Shown: in pieces, positions 17,537 to 27,819 of the stretch
How positions within the stretch are numbered: position 1 is the first letter of the stretch
Layout of the letters: every line of letters starts with the position of its first letter
The notes under the pieces: generated by a model
What the model saw: the letters and a program-made list of their open reading frames with translations, nothing else
The model's database searches: none
Told to the model about the DNA's origin: nothing
Translations under genes and position numbers: made by a program
Source: Clostridia bacterium
GTDB taxonomy: Bacteria > Bacillota > Clostridia > Oscillospirales > CAG-272
DNA: 64,000 nucleotides
Direction: 5' to 3'
Assembly (NCBI GenBank): GCA_017466445.1
Contig: JAFTUC010000006.1
Span: forward strand, 1,451 to 65,450

Positions 17537-18895
17537 ATGAAAAATTATTCTGAGATAACACCTTACATACAGAAAATGGCCGATATCTCCTGCGGCAGTA
17601 ACGGCATCCGTCCCGAAATGTATTCGGAGCACACCGTCTACAGAGGTCTTCGCGATCTCAAGGGTCACGGCGTCGTCACCGGTCTCACCGAGGTCTCGAA
17701 TATAAAGGCAAAAAACATCCTGCCGGACGGAAGCGAGGTCCCCTGTGAGGGAGAGCTTTACTACAGAGGCATCGACGTACGCGATCTCACAAAAGGATTT
17801 CGCAGTGATAACCGATTCGGTTTTGAGGAGACTCTGTATCTCCTGCTCTTTTCTCATCTTCCCACAGAGAGCGAGCTTTGCGAGTTCAGAGAGGCGATAG
17901 CCTCCTACCGTTCCCTTCCCTCCTCCTTTGTAAGAGACATGATCCTCAAGGCACCCGGCAAGGATATGATGAACATACTGTCGCGCAGTGTCCTCGCGCT
18001 ATACGCATACGACGAAAACCCTGATGACATATCCATTCCTAACGTTCTGCGCCAGTGCCTGCTACTCGCATCGGTATTTCCCATGCTCGCGGTCTACGGA
18101 TATCAGTCCTACCGCCACTACCACTGCGACAAGAGCCTTTATATACGCTATCCCGACCCCTCGCTTTCTCAGGCGGAGGTTCTTCTCAGCACTCTTCGCA
18201 AGAGCGGCGAGTATTCGGATCTTGAAGCAAAGATCCTCGACCTTGCGATGGTCCTCCACGCCGAGCACGGAGGCGGAAACAATTCTACCTTCACGACTCA
18301 CGTCGTCACCTCGTCGGGAACCGACACCTATTCCGCGGTATCGGCGGCTCTCGGATCGCTCAAGGGACCCCGTCACGGCGGTGCTAACATCAAGGTCGTC
18401 AAGATGTTCGACGATATGAAGGCAAATATCGACGTATCGAGTGAGGCTCAGATCGAGGATTATCTCGTTTCCCTGCTCGACAAGCGAGCGTTCGACCGTC
18501 TCGGCCTTATCTACGGTATGGGACACGCGGTATATTCGCTTTCCGATCCGAGATCGGACATTCTCAAGGAGTGCGCGAAGGATCTGTCAAGGGAAAAGGG
18601 CTGCGAGGAGGAATTCGCCCTCTACGAAACGGTCGCCCGTCTTGCCCCCGACATCATTGCACACAAGCGCAAGATGTACAAGGGTGTCAGTCCGAACGTC
18701 GACTTCTATTCGGGACTTATCTACCGCATGCTCGACCTTCCGAGCGAGCTCTTCACTCCGATCTTCGCGATATCTCGTATCGCCGGATGGAGCGCGCACC
18801 GCATTGAGGAGATACAGAACGCGGGCAAGATAATCCGCCCCGCTTACATCAATGTAAAAGAAGCACGTCCGTACGTTCCGATCTCAAAAAGATAA
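17537..18895 (+). CDS. Citrate synthase (citrate/2-methylcitrate synthase family)
   Basis: 452 aa. Family regions HAEHGGGNNSTF, GPRHGGAN and GMGHAVY are present. Confidence 0.9.
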   Translation: MKNYSEITPYIQKMADISCGSNGIRPEMYSEHTVYRGLRDLKGHGVVTGLTEVSNIKAKNILPDGSEVPCEGELYYRGIDVRDLTKGFRSDNRFGFEETLYLLLFSHLPTESELCEFREAIASYRSLPSSFVRDMILKAPGKDMMNILSRSVLALYAYDENPDDISIPNVLRQCLLLASVFPMLAVYGYQSYRHYHCDKSLYIRYPDPSLSQAEVLLSTLRKSGEYSDLEAKILDLAMVLHAEHGGGNNSTFTTHVVTSSGTDTYSAVSAALGSLKGPRHGGANIKVVKMFDDMKANIDVSSEAQIEDYLVSLLDKRAFDRLGLIYGMGHAVYSLSDPRSDILKECAKDLSREKGCEEEFALYETVARLAPDIIAHKRKMYKGVSPNVDFYSGLIYRMLDLPSELFTPIFAISRIAGWSAHRIEEIQNAGKIIRPAYINVKEARPYVPISKR

Positions 18896-18958
18896 AAAAT
18901 CACCCCGAAAGGAAGTCCGCATTAAAGGTGGGCTACCCTTCGGGGTACCGTTTTATAT

Positions 18959-19858
18959 TCATATCAAATTGATTATCAAAAGAGAGACAAACGCCACCGC
19001 GACTCCGACAAGGCACCTCAGAGTCGCTTTTTCTTTGAAGACGACCGATGCCATAACGACCGAGCTTATAAGAGTAAGTCCCTGATTGAGCGGATAGAGG
19101 AGCACTGCGTCGAGCTTTGCCGCGGCAAGTGTCTTGAAATACGAGTTGACGAAAAGCATTATCGCCATGATCGCAACGAAAACGAAGACTTTTTTCGCCG
19201 CGCCCGTTTTAAAAACGGAAACGGATCCCTTTTCTCCCCTTCTGAGTACGAGATACGCGATAAAAATCACTACCGTCGAGAAAAGATACGAATAGAAATT
19301 AAATGCCGCGACACCCGTTCCCTTTGAGGTGTGATTAAAAAGCTTCTGCGCGAAATCGGCAGTTCCGCTCGATGCTCCGCAAATGATAAGAAGAAGGAGT
19401 GACTTAAGCGACATTTTGCCGTTCAGCGTTTTATTATAGGAGCACATAATGTACGCCGCAATAACGAGAAGCGCAAATCCGAGGATCTGCGTCAGCCTCA
19501 CCTTCTCACCGAGCATTGCAGACAATACAAGAGTGACACCGACACCGAGGGTCAGAAAAACGTCGACCATAACGAATGATCCGCTTCTTATCGAAATTAT
19601 CCAGCTTATTATAAAAAATGCGGTCGCGACACCCGAAATGAGCGCCGAAACGAGCGCCATCGTATCTGCGTAAGGAAGTATCTCGCCTGTCTGCAATGCG
19701 GCGAGAACAAATCCGACAAGAGTGCATATGATCATTCTCACAAAGCTTGTGAGAGCGGCGTCACTGTTACCGACGAGATGTGAGCTGACCCTTTTTCCGC
19801 AGTAGCCCTTAGTGGCACCTGCTACCATCGCAAGAGCGATATAAAGATATCCTATCAT
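18959..19858 (-). CDS. DMT superfamily (EamA-like) membrane transporter
   Basis: 299-aa ORF, hydrophobic throughout with about 10 predicted TM segments. The substrate cannot be assigned. Confidence 0.6.
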   Translation of the reverse strand: MIGYLYIALAMVAGATKGYCGKRVSSHLVGNSDAALTSFVRMIICTLVGFVLAALQTGEILPYADTMALVSALISGVATAFFIISWIISIRSGSFVMVDVFLTLGVGVTLVLSAMLGEKVRLTQILGFALLVIAAYIMCSYNKTLNGKMSLKSLLLLIICGASSGTADFAQKLFNHTSKGTGVAAFNFYSYLFSTVVIFIAYLVLRRGEKGSVSVFKTGAAKKVFVFVAIMAIMLFVNSYFKTLAAAKLDAVLLYPLNQGLTLISSVVMASVVFKEKATLRCLVGVAVAFVSLLIINLI

Positions 19859-19899
19859 AACGTAACCCTGTAAAATCTATCGTGTTGCTTTTTAACAGC

Positions 19900-21084
19900 T
19901 CAGGCATCTATTGCCCTGCGGATCTCACGGATCCTCATAGACTCGAAGGCTCTGTCCTCAAGCGTCTTAAAGTCCATCTTCGCTTCCTCTGCAAGAACTC
20001 TGTCGAGCTCGGGACGGGTCTTCGGATGCCTCGGTGTAAAGACCGTGCAGCAATCCTCATAAGGCTGGATAGAGGTCTCAAAAGTTCCGATCTTACGGGA
20101 AATTTCGATGATCTCCTCCTTATCCATTCCGATAAGAGGACGAAGCACGGGAATATTCACCGCGTTATCGGTAGTAACGAGCGCGGGCATAGTCTGGCTT
20201 GCGACCTGACCGAGCGACTCGCCTGTAATAAGAGCCATGCATCCGCTTGCCTTGGCGGCGCGCTCGGCAAGGCGCATCATCGAGCGGCGCAGAAGAAGGG
20301 TGAAATATTCCTCGTTGACCTTTTTTGTCATCTCCTCCTGTATTTCGGTAAGAGATATGACCTTCATTCGCATACGTCCGGTATATTCGCAGACAAGAGA
20401 TGCGAGCTCAGCGACCTTTTCCTCGGCTCGCTCGCTCGTATATGGAAAGGACTCAAAATGGAGCGCCTCGATAAGCGCGCCTCTTCTCGCCATCATATAT
20501 CCCGCGACCGGAGAATCTATACCGCCCGAGAGCAGAAGGGTCGCCTTTCCGCAGGTACCGTAGGGTATGCCGCCTGCTCCTCTTTCGCTTCCCGCGTGGA
20601 TATAAGCACAGTTCTCTCTTATTTCAACAACTGCCGTGATCTCGGGATTTTTAAGATCGACGTCGACCTCGGGAAGAAGATCTCCGACAGCGGATCCGAC
20701 CGCCGTCGCTATCTCGGGAGAAGTGAGCGGAAAGCGCTTATCTCCTCTTTTTCCGGTCACCTTAAAGGATCTGTGACCTCTGATCTTATCGGGAAGATAA
20801 GCTACCGCGGTCTCGATTATCTTATCCATATCCTTTTCGCATTCAGCCGCACGCGCGACCGTCGCTATACCGAATACCTTCTTGGCAAGCTCAAGTGCGA
20901 GCTCGATATCGCACGAGTCATTTTTGGGAGTTATGTAAAGTATCGACTGCGAATGGAAAAATTCAAACTCCCCCGCAGGAGCGATGCGGAATTTCATTTC
21001 CTTTGTGAGAGCGCTCTCAAAGTAAGGCTTATTAAGTCCCTTTAAAACTATCTCTCCGTATTTACAAAGTATTATCTCTTTCAT
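19900..21084 (-). CDS. thiI: tRNA 4-thiouridine(8) synthase
   Basis: 394 aa. The THUMP-type N-terminus is MKEIILCKYGEIVLKGLNKPYFE. The PP-loop is LLLSGGIDSPVA. Confidence 0.92.
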   Translation of the reverse strand: MKEIILCKYGEIVLKGLNKPYFESALTKEMKFRIAPAGEFEFFHSQSILYITPKNDSCDIELALELAKKVFGIATVARAAECEKDMDKIIETAVAYLPDKIRGHRSFKVTGKRGDKRFPLTSPEIATAVGSAVGDLLPEVDVDLKNPEITAVVEIRENCAYIHAGSERGAGGIPYGTCGKATLLLSGGIDSPVAGYMMARRGALIEALHFESFPYTSERAEEKVAELASLVCEYTGRMRMKVISLTEIQEEMTKKVNEEYFTLLLRRSMMRLAERAAKASGCMALITGESLGQVASQTMPALVTTDNAVNIPVLRPLIGMDKEEIIEISRKIGTFETSIQPYEDCCTVFTPRHPKTRPELDRVLAEEAKMDFKTLEDRAFESMRIREIRRAIDA

Positions 21085-21326
21085 TTTATATCAGTTTCCT
21101 TCCGAGTAATTGTACGACCGTATCTTTTTCACAGCGCCGCATTTTACAGCTCTGAATATTCATTATAACTCCATTTCGGTGAAATTTCAAGTATTTTGAG
21201 TAATTTTATACCGACTGCGATCACTCTTTTATATAAAGCAGGGATATTTAATGTCATTTCCTGCATTGACTTTTCAAGGTATCTGTGATATACTCACTTA
21301 TAAAGATAAAAACGAGGTGATGTCAT

Positions 21327-22691
21327 ATGTACGCTGACGCGGATATCAAGAGATTTATCGGAAGCACCGATTCGGAAACCATCCAAAACGCTATCGATCA
21401 TGCCGAGAAGAGCGGCAAAAGCAGTGTAACAATACCCGAAATAAACGCTCGTACGGGTGAAAGAATCTGGACAATAGAGAAAACCATCCTCATCCCCTCG
21501 GGCATTACGGTAATACTTGACAGCGCACATCTTCGCCTTGCAGACGGTGTATTTGAAAACATCTTCCGAAACAAAAGCTGCAAGAGCGAGCTTGGAAACA
21601 CGCTTGCGGGCGAGGATCACGACATTCGCATAATAGGTATAGGAAACGCGATCCTCGACGGCGGCAATTCCAACGGTCTTTGCGAGCAGCTGCACCGTGA
21701 TGAGCCGGGAAAGCATCCTCCTATGAGCGTCAATCTGCTCGTTTATTTCAGAAACGTACGTGATTTCGAGCTAAGCGGTCTCACTGTCACAAACTCGCGA
21801 TACTGGGCATTTTCGTTTGAATTCTGCAGATTCGGAAAAATTCGCGACTGCGATTTCAAGGTATACGGAACGCTCGAAAACCAGGACGGCATCGATCTGA
21901 GAGTCGGATGCGAATATATAACGATAGAAAACATTACCGGATCGACAGGAGACGACACTATTGCGCTCACCGCTCTTCCCGGAAACTCGACAGTCGAGGG
22001 AAAGGGAATCGACATCCACGACATAACTATACGAAACATTATGGCATCCACCCACGGATGCGCCATAATCCGTCTTCTCAATGCCGACGGGGCAAAGGAA
22101 TACAACATCACGATCACGGACGTAAAGGACACGGGCATCTCGCTCTCGGGCGTCGGAATATTTATCGGTGACACCTATCCGTTTGCAAAAAAATCTCCCC
22201 GAAAAATGGGCGAGATGCAAAATATCGTGATAAGAAATTTCTCGACCTGCGCTCAGAAGGCCCTTCTTATCGCGGAGCCCGTACAGGATCTCGTTATTGA
22301 AAACGTAGTCACCTACGGAAAGAATCAGATCGGCATAGAATTTGCGGCAAACGCAGTTTTTGACAACTCGGTCATAAAAAATTTCGTCTATCGCCCGTAT
22401 GAGGAGGATGCAGACTGTCTGTTCTGGGTCAGCGGAGATGACGAGAGCCGCTTCGACGATCTCGATTTTGAAAACATCCGCGCGACGAAAACAAAACATA
22501 TCTTCAGGGTGATGAGACTTTCAAAGCTTGACGGCAGGATCTATCTCTACGACGAGCCGTCGATCTCCTATCATTCGCCCGAAAACCCGGAGCTTTATTC
22601 GGCATACGGAAGATATCATCGCCTTTTCTTCGGAAAGGTGATCGAAAACCGTCCGCCCGACAACCGATTTGCAAACGAAGAGAAGAAATAA
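21327..22691 (+). CDS. Right-handed parallel beta-helix protein (pectate-lyase/GH28-like superfamily), cytoplasmic
   Basis: 454 aa. The N-terminal region is IQNAIDHAEKSGKSSVTIPE, followed by repetitive beta-helix turns (NQDGIDL, GDDTIAL). No signal peptide. A TTGACT-17-TATACT promoter lies upstream. Confidence 0.6.
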   Translation: MYADADIKRFIGSTDSETIQNAIDHAEKSGKSSVTIPEINARTGERIWTIEKTILIPSGITVILDSAHLRLADGVFENIFRNKSCKSELGNTLAGEDHDIRIIGIGNAILDGGNSNGLCEQLHRDEPGKHPPMSVNLLVYFRNVRDFELSGLTVTNSRYWAFSFEFCRFGKIRDCDFKVYGTLENQDGIDLRVGCEYITIENITGSTGDDTIALTALPGNSTVEGKGIDIHDITIRNIMASTHGCAIIRLLNADGAKEYNITITDVKDTGISLSGVGIFIGDTYPFAKKSPRKMGEMQNIVIRNFSTCAQKALLIAEPVQDLVIENVVTYGKNQIGIEFAANAVFDNSVIKNFVYRPYEEDADCLFWVSGDDESRFDDLDFENIRATKTKHIFRVMRLSKLDGRIYLYDEPSISYHSPENPELYSAYGRYHRLFFGKVIENRPPDNRFANEEKK

Positions 22692-22704
22692 AAGGAGAAA
22701 ACAA

Positions 22705-23442
22705 ATGGATTTTAATGCTGAAAAGGTGCTTTGCGACGTCACAAAGTGGATAAAGGACTTTTTTGAAAAGAACGGAAAGGGCTGCAACGCCGTGATCGGA
22801 ATCTCGGGCGGAAAGGACAGCTCGGTCGCCGCCGCTCTCTGCGTGCGTGCGCTCGGAAAGGACCGTGTCATCGGTGTACTTATGCCAAACGGAGTGCAGA
22901 GCGACATCGACGTTGCCCGCGAGCTCGTGGATTTTCTCGGCATAAGGAGCTACGAAATAAACATAAAGGATGGCTACGACGCGCTTATGGGAACTATCGT
23001 CTCAAGCGTCGGTGAGATCTCAGATCAGACCAGGATAAATCTCGCACCGAGGATCCGTATGTCGGTGCTTTACGCGGTATCGCAGTCAAACAACGGAAGA
23101 GTGGTCAATACCTGCAATCTTTCCGAGGACTACGTGGGATACTCGACTCGCTACGGTGACGCGGCAGGCGATTTTTCGCCTCTTGCGAGACTTACCGTCG
23201 CAGAGGTCGTCGCGCTCGGACTCGAGGCAGGTCTTCCCGAGCACATCGTAAAGAAGGTCCCCTCGGACGGACTTTGCGGAAAAACAGACGAGGATAATCT
23301 CGGGTTCACCTACGATATGCTCGACAGATATATCCGCACGGGTGTGTGCGAGGACAGCGAGAAGAAGGCACGCATCGATCATCTCAACAAAATAAACAAA
23401 TTCAAGCTTGAGCTCATGCCCGTATTTCCGTACGAGGGCTGA
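22705..23442 (+). CDS. nadE: Ammonia-dependent NAD+ synthetase
   Basis: MDFNAEKVLCDVTKWIKDFF.. with PP-loop GISGGKDSSVAAAL. An AAGGAG RBS precedes the ATG at 22705, so I reject the track start at 22669. Confidence 0.9.
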   Translation: MDFNAEKVLCDVTKWIKDFFEKNGKGCNAVIGISGGKDSSVAAALCVRALGKDRVIGVLMPNGVQSDIDVARELVDFLGIRSYEINIKDGYDALMGTIVSSVGEISDQTRINLAPRIRMSVLYAVSQSNNGRVVNTCNLSEDYVGYSTRYGDAAGDFSPLARLTVAEVVALGLEAGLPEHIVKKVPSDGLCGKTDEDNLGFTYDMLDRYIRTGVCEDSEKKARIDHLNKINKFKLELMPVFPYEG

Positions 23443-23460
23443 GATATCGGAGAAATCAAA

Positions 23461-23961
23461 GTGAGATCAACTAAAAAACGCACACTTTCGTGGGTCTTGA
23501 TCCTCTTCACGGCGGCATCGATATTCTGCGCGGCAACCTTTTTTATCATCCGCGCTGACAGTACGTCTCCGATCAAAAGAGAGGACGCTATCCCGTATTC
23601 GGGAGAGTTTTTAAGCTACGAGATATCAGACGGCAGATATTTTCTTTCCTTCAAGGGCGGAAGAGTTGCCGAGCTTTATTCGGGGCACTCATCTCTTTCC
23701 GACCTTCTTGGGTCCCTCAAGGAGGGAGACAGGCTCGATCTGCTAATAAATCCGAAAAACAATTACGTTATAGAGATAAGCTCCGAAAACGGTGTGATCC
23801 TGCCGCTCGAGCGAGCCGAAAAAGAGATCGGATCAGGAAATAACGCCTTCCTGTGGCTTGGAATAATCGCCTACACCGTATTCGCACTTCTTTTGATCAT
23901 TATGCTCAGAGGGCTTGTAGATTCAGTAAAAAAACCACGTTCCAAAAAGGAGGACAAGTAA
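23461..23961 (+). CDS. Hypothetical membrane protein (2 TM)
   Basis: 166-aa ORF with a GTG start after a GGAGA RBS. It has N- and C-terminal hydrophobic helices and a basic tail. Confidence 0.55.
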   Translation: MRSTKKRTLSWVLILFTAASIFCAATFFIIRADSTSPIKREDAIPYSGEFLSYEISDGRYFLSFKGGRVAELYSGHSSLSDLLGSLKEGDRLDLLINPKNNYVIEISSENGVILPLERAEKEIGSGNNAFLWLGIIAYTVFALLLIIMLRGLVDSVKKPRSKKEDK

Positions 23962-24434
23962 TGTCAAAGCTTTTAAAAACACCCGAAGAATACAGAGAGA
24001 TCGCAAAAAACAATTTCACCGATGGCTTCAACTGCGCGCAGGCGGTCTGCCTTGCGTTTGCAAGCGACATCGGTCTTGACAGAGAGTCTGCGCTCAGGCT
24101 CTCATCTCCGTTCGGCGGAGGAATGGGTCGCCTTCGCGAGGTCTGCGGAGCATTCAGCGGATCGCTCTTCGTGCTCGGAGCATTTTACGGATATGACGAT
24201 CCGAACGCAGACGAGGAAAAGAAAGAGCTTTACCGAAAGGTACAGCAGCTCGCAAAAGATTTTAAAAAGGTAAACGGACATCTTATCTGCCGAAGCCTGC
24301 TCGAGCTTCAGTCGCAGGGAGCGGACTCCCCGGATCCCGAAAAGCGAACCGAGCAATATTATAAAGCGCGTCCGTGCGCAGAGATCGTTGCAGAGGCGGC
24401 GTACGTTACCGCACGCTTTATTTGCGAAAACTGA
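23961..24434 (+). CDS. C_GCAxxG_C_C family redox-active protein
   Basis: MSKLLKTPEEYREIAKNNFTDGFNCAQAV.. and the later GAFSG and CRSL motifs. The start overlaps the upstream stop (TAATG), so I reject the longer track ORF from 23853. Confidence 0.8.
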   Translation: MSKLLKTPEEYREIAKNNFTDGFNCAQAVCLAFASDIGLDRESALRLSSPFGGGMGRLREVCGAFSGSLFVLGAFYGYDDPNADEEKKELYRKVQQLAKDFKKVNGHLICRSLLELQSQGADSPDPEKRTEQYYKARPCAEIVAEAAYVTARFICEN

Positions 24435-24446
24435 AGCAAGATCGAA

Positions 24447-24487
24447 ATCACCCGACAGATCCGCTTGGATCTATCGGGTGATTTTTC
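24447..24487. terminator. Bidirectional terminator between convergent genes
   Basis: atcacccgacagatcc gctt ggatctatcgggtgat, a 16-bp stem with one mismatch. It is flanked by an A-run on one side and a T-run on the other. Confidence 0.8.
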
Positions 24488-24695
24488 ATATCTGCTTATT
24501 TACGCTCTTATATTCGTCGTAATATCGGTAATACGGGCACTGAGCACTGTCCCCCGAAAGAAATCTTATCTGCTCGTCCTGATCGAGATTCACTCTGCAC
24601 GAGTAGGATTCGTAAAATTCATCGTAGTCATAAAACTCGCAGCTCTCGCAGCTTGACGTGCGAGCTTTTTTTCTTTTAGCCTTAATATCCTGCAT
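24486..24695 (-). CDS. Small Cys4, Tyr/Asp/Glu-rich protein of a conserved clostridial type, function unknown
   Basis: 69 aa with an AAGGAG RBS. It starts 17 nt downstream of the CotH gene stop on the same strand. Motifs are CESCEFYDYDEFYESYSC..CPYYRYYDEY. Confidence 0.6.
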   Translation of the reverse strand: MQDIKAKRKKARTSSCESCEFYDYDEFYESYSCRVNLDQDEQIRFLSGDSAQCPYYRYYDEYKSVNKQI

Positions 24696-24712
24696 AAGAT
24701 CTCCTTCACGCT

Positions 24713-27559
24713 TCAGCTCTTGACGTATCCGCCGAGATATTCCTCACCGAAATATTTTATTATCGCCTCGTCATCAAGAGAAAAGCGGTCTATCAGCTGC
24801 TGAATGAGCGCTCTCGCGCGGCTTCCCTTTCCGAGATCGGTAACAAATCTGCGAAGCTCGTTCACGCTCGTTTTCCAGCTGTTATAGGAGGATCCCCAGC
24901 GCTTACGCTCTCTTTGAACCTCGCTGTCGATGACAGATGCGATCTCGTCTATCTTAGCAAGAATTTTCTCCTCGTCAAAGGTCTCCTTCATATGGTAGGC
25001 AAATCTCGAATAGAAAAGATCGACGAATTCCTCGTTCTTAAGAAGTCCGTTCATTATGGTGTTGAAATTCTCGCCCTTCTGCGAGCTCTTCAGGAAAAGA
25101 GACACTCCCGTATGGTAATAATTATTATAAAACCAGGTATACGCGTTAAATCCCCAATCAAGATCGTAAAGGATCCAGTTCCACTTGCCGTCGCTTCCCT
25201 TATAGTATCGGATATTTCCGAGATCCTGATTTCCGACGTACATCTGTATCACCATCCAGTCGATGATACTGTTAAGATTTATTCTTTCCTTAACGTACTC
25301 ATAATACTCGGTATTTGAAAGATCGTGATTTTTAATATATTTTACAAGCGCATTATACTCGGCAAGCGTTCCGTGCTCTGCCTTTCCGTAGCCCGAAAGA
25401 AGGGTGATATCGCTTACCGGATCGGAGGTGTGAGACGAGATAAAATGCTCGTCTATTCTCTCCTTAAAGCAGTATATTCCCCAGTATTTTCCGTTTATAT
25501 AGAGGGTACAGAATCTGTAATCCTGCGTGAGTATCTCCATTCCCGCCTGATCGGCTATCCATGTCTGGAGCTCGTCACGGAAGATGGCACGGTTATAATC
25601 CTCACCGCATCTCAGAACGAGAGAGTTGAAGTCGCGCACCTCTGAGTCGAAAAGATCGTATTCAAGTCGAGAAACGCCGTATTTTGCGCGAAATTTGAGC
25701 TGAAACGATTTTTTCGGGAGCTCTCTGCTTCCTCCGCCGAAGATCTTGAGTCCGCAGTTTACAGAAAACGCTTCCTTGCCGTTTTCAAACATCGTGACGT
25801 TCGCCTTTACCTCTTTGCTCGACGAATATTTCGTATATATACCCGACTCACCGAAGATATCGTCATCGGTCGCGCTGAGATAAACGACGGGAAGATCGTG
25901 GGTGTGAGCAATTATTATATAAGGCATCGTCACCATCTCGCTGGGTATCCTGTCTCCGTCGTAAGCGATGGCGCGGATAGCTCCGCTCGACTCAAGCGTG
26001 ATAGCCTCTCCCGAATAAAGGGTGGACTCGGTCGTCGGCTCGCTTCCGTCGGTGGTATAATATATATCGCCCTCACCTGACAGAGTAACGCTTACCGATT
26101 CAGAGTAAATACCGCTCGGGATACTCGCGAACGGTGTTTTTGTTATAGCCTCATATCCCCCAACGTTTGCTTTTCCGAGCGAGGGAGTTGTGAAATAAAC
26201 GAGCTTTCCTTCCGATCTTCCGTAGGAGCGGTTGAGCGGGATCGCGGGAAGAGAGAGTGCATCCGAAACGTATCCGTCCGCTCTCGAGAGCCATATCTCC
26301 TCTCCCGAGGAGGAAATACTTATGGGCGCCGCGCCGCTGACCTCATCGTCACAGTAGATGAGATAATATTCACCCGGCTTCAGCGTCACCTCGGGAAGTC
26401 GGTATTTCTGAAGATCGCTTCCCTTGTCAGAGAAGAAATAGTCGGAAAGAAGGATATCCCCGTCCGAATTATTGAATATCTCGACAACGTCGCAGTAATA
26501 TTTTTTATTGAAGAGAGCATATTTCGTATTGGAGGAGATGACCTCGGAGATAACAAGTCCTTTTCTCTCGCAGATCATAGCGATATGCTCATCGGGGGTA
26601 TTGGCTCTTCCGGGAGTCGGATAGTCAACAGCTCCGTTATCGCAGGTCAGCGAGGTATTCTTTTCCATTGCCTCATAGGTGAGTGAGGCGGTGAGGACTC
26701 CGTCATTTCTGGTTATATAGATGCTTTCCCCGTCCTTTGAAAGCTTGAACGGGAGATCTCTTTCACACGCGAGAAGGAAATATTCACCCGCCTCGAGAAT
26801 GACGTCGGGGAGCTTTACTCTGTACGGCTCGGTCGACTCGGTCGATATATACTGCTTTGAAAGATCTATCGGACTGTCCGAGGCATTGTAAAGCTCGATC
26901 CAGTCGCAGGTGTTTCCGTCGATCGGGTACAGTGAATTGCTCGACATAAGCTCGCTTATGACAAGCGAGTCCTTTTCCTTTACGTTTTCATATCCCGGAG
27001 TCGGGAAGGCGGTCTCGCTTCCGTTTTCGGCAACAAAGGAGTGATTTGCCGTCTTATTCACGTAAAGCAGAGACGAGCAGAAGAGCTCTCCGTGCATAAG
27101 AGTGATTATGCTCTTGGACGAAAGCTTAAGCTCCACCGAGTCATCCCCGATCTTGCCGTTTGCGAAAACGATCGCATACTCGCCCGGCGCAACCGTGATC
27201 TTGGGAAGTGGGACGAGCTCACTCTCTGTTGTCCTTATAAGGTATTCGGAAAGATCGACCTCTCTGTCGCTCACGTTAAGAAGCTCTATCCACGGCGAGG
27301 TCTTACCCTCGATATCCTCAGCGCCCACGGTATTTACTACCATAAGCTCGGTTATCTTTATCGCGGGATCCTCCTCAACGCTCGGTTTGTTATCCGTGTC
27401 GGGCGTGTTCGGCTTGTTTTCCGTATCTTCATTTTTTTCGTTGTAGGTATCCGAAGGCTTACCTTGCGACTCATTTGTCATGCACGAAGCAAGAAGTGAC
27501 AAAAGCGTTGAGAAAATAAGCGCTACGGTCAGAATTTTTACAAATATATTTTTCAGCAT
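24713..27559 (-). CDS. CotH kinase family lipoprotein with three lamin-tail (LTD) domains and a chitobiase/Fn3-associated domain
   Basis: 948 aa. Lipobox LLASC. LTD-like repeats (ISELMSSN..WIELYNASDSPIDLS). GEGDIYYTTDGSEPT is present. The CotH core is FCTLYINGKYWGIYCFKERIDEHF. Confidence 0.8.
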   Translation of the reverse strand: MLKNIFVKILTVALIFSTLLSLLASCMTNESQGKPSDTYNEKNEDTENKPNTPDTDNKPSVEEDPAIKITELMVVNTVGAEDIEGKTSPWIELLNVSDREVDLSEYLIRTTESELVPLPKITVAPGEYAIVFANGKIGDDSVELKLSSKSIITLMHGELFCSSLLYVNKTANHSFVAENGSETAFPTPGYENVKEKDSLVISELMSSNSLYPIDGNTCDWIELYNASDSPIDLSKQYISTESTEPYRVKLPDVILEAGEYFLLACERDLPFKLSKDGESIYITRNDGVLTASLTYEAMEKNTSLTCDNGAVDYPTPGRANTPDEHIAMICERKGLVISEVISSNTKYALFNKKYYCDVVEIFNNSDGDILLSDYFFSDKGSDLQKYRLPEVTLKPGEYYLIYCDDEVSGAAPISISSSGEEIWLSRADGYVSDALSLPAIPLNRSYGRSEGKLVYFTTPSLGKANVGGYEAITKTPFASIPSGIYSESVSVTLSGEGDIYYTTDGSEPTTESTLYSGEAITLESSGAIRAIAYDGDRIPSEMVTMPYIIIAHTHDLPVVYLSATDDDIFGESGIYTKYSSSKEVKANVTMFENGKEAFSVNCGLKIFGGGSRELPKKSFQLKFRAKYGVSRLEYDLFDSEVRDFNSLVLRCGEDYNRAIFRDELQTWIADQAGMEILTQDYRFCTLYINGKYWGIYCFKERIDEHFISSHTSDPVSDITLLSGYGKAEHGTLAEYNALVKYIKNHDLSNTEYYEYVKERINLNSIIDWMVIQMYVGNQDLGNIRYYKGSDGKWNWILYDLDWGFNAYTWFYNNYYHTGVSLFLKSSQKGENFNTIMNGLLKNEEFVDLFYSRFAYHMKETFDEEKILAKIDEIASVIDSEVQRERKRWGSSYNSWKTSVNELRRFVTDLGKGSRARALIQQLIDRFSLDDEAIIKYFGEEYLGGYVKS

Positions 27560-27745
27560 TTTTATACCTCTGTATGAATCCGAATTGTAAAAGCAGATAT
27601 TTCTACATTTTCGATTATAAAACGATTTCGCATGAAAGTCAACAGTTTTTATGGTTTATTATATGAATTTTTTGCTTTTTTATCGATCTTTCCCGAAAAA
27701 AAACGGCGGAATATATTTTTATTTTCCTCTATTTTTAAATTCTTC

Positions 27746-27774
27746 TTGACAAGAACGCAAAATAGCGCTATAAT
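27746..27774 (+). promoter_or_regulatory. Consensus SigA promoter of alaS
   Basis: TTGACA (27746-27751), 17-nt spacer, TATAAT (27769-27774). Confidence 0.7.
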
Positions 27775-27819
27775 AAAAGGTAATGTTTTATAAAACCTCT
27801 AACGGAAGGAAAAACTGTC

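Noticed and set aside
19882-21045. 387-aa plus-strand ORF opposite thiI
   Set aside because: It is an Arg/Ser/Leu-rich antisense frame. thiI on the minus strand has the THUMP and PP-loop motifs.
22669-23961. Upstream-extended starts in the ORF track (22669 for nadE and 23853 for the C_GCAxxG gene; likewise 7880, 12713, 39227, 45742, 51798 and 62779 elsewhere)
   Set aside because: In most of these cases an internal ATG (GTG at 51738 for the Toprim gene) preceded by a Shine-Dalgarno sequence gives the canonical family N-terminus. For 62779 the internal ATG at 62647 was chosen on the canonical N-terminus and the junk-like extension alone. The extensions are basic or low-complexity, or they overlap the upstream gene.
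27560-27819. T-box leader upstream of alaS
   Set aside because: The transcript leader from the consensus promoter (-10 at 27769-27774) to the ATG is only about 40 nt. No specifier or T-box sequence or antiterminator is visible.
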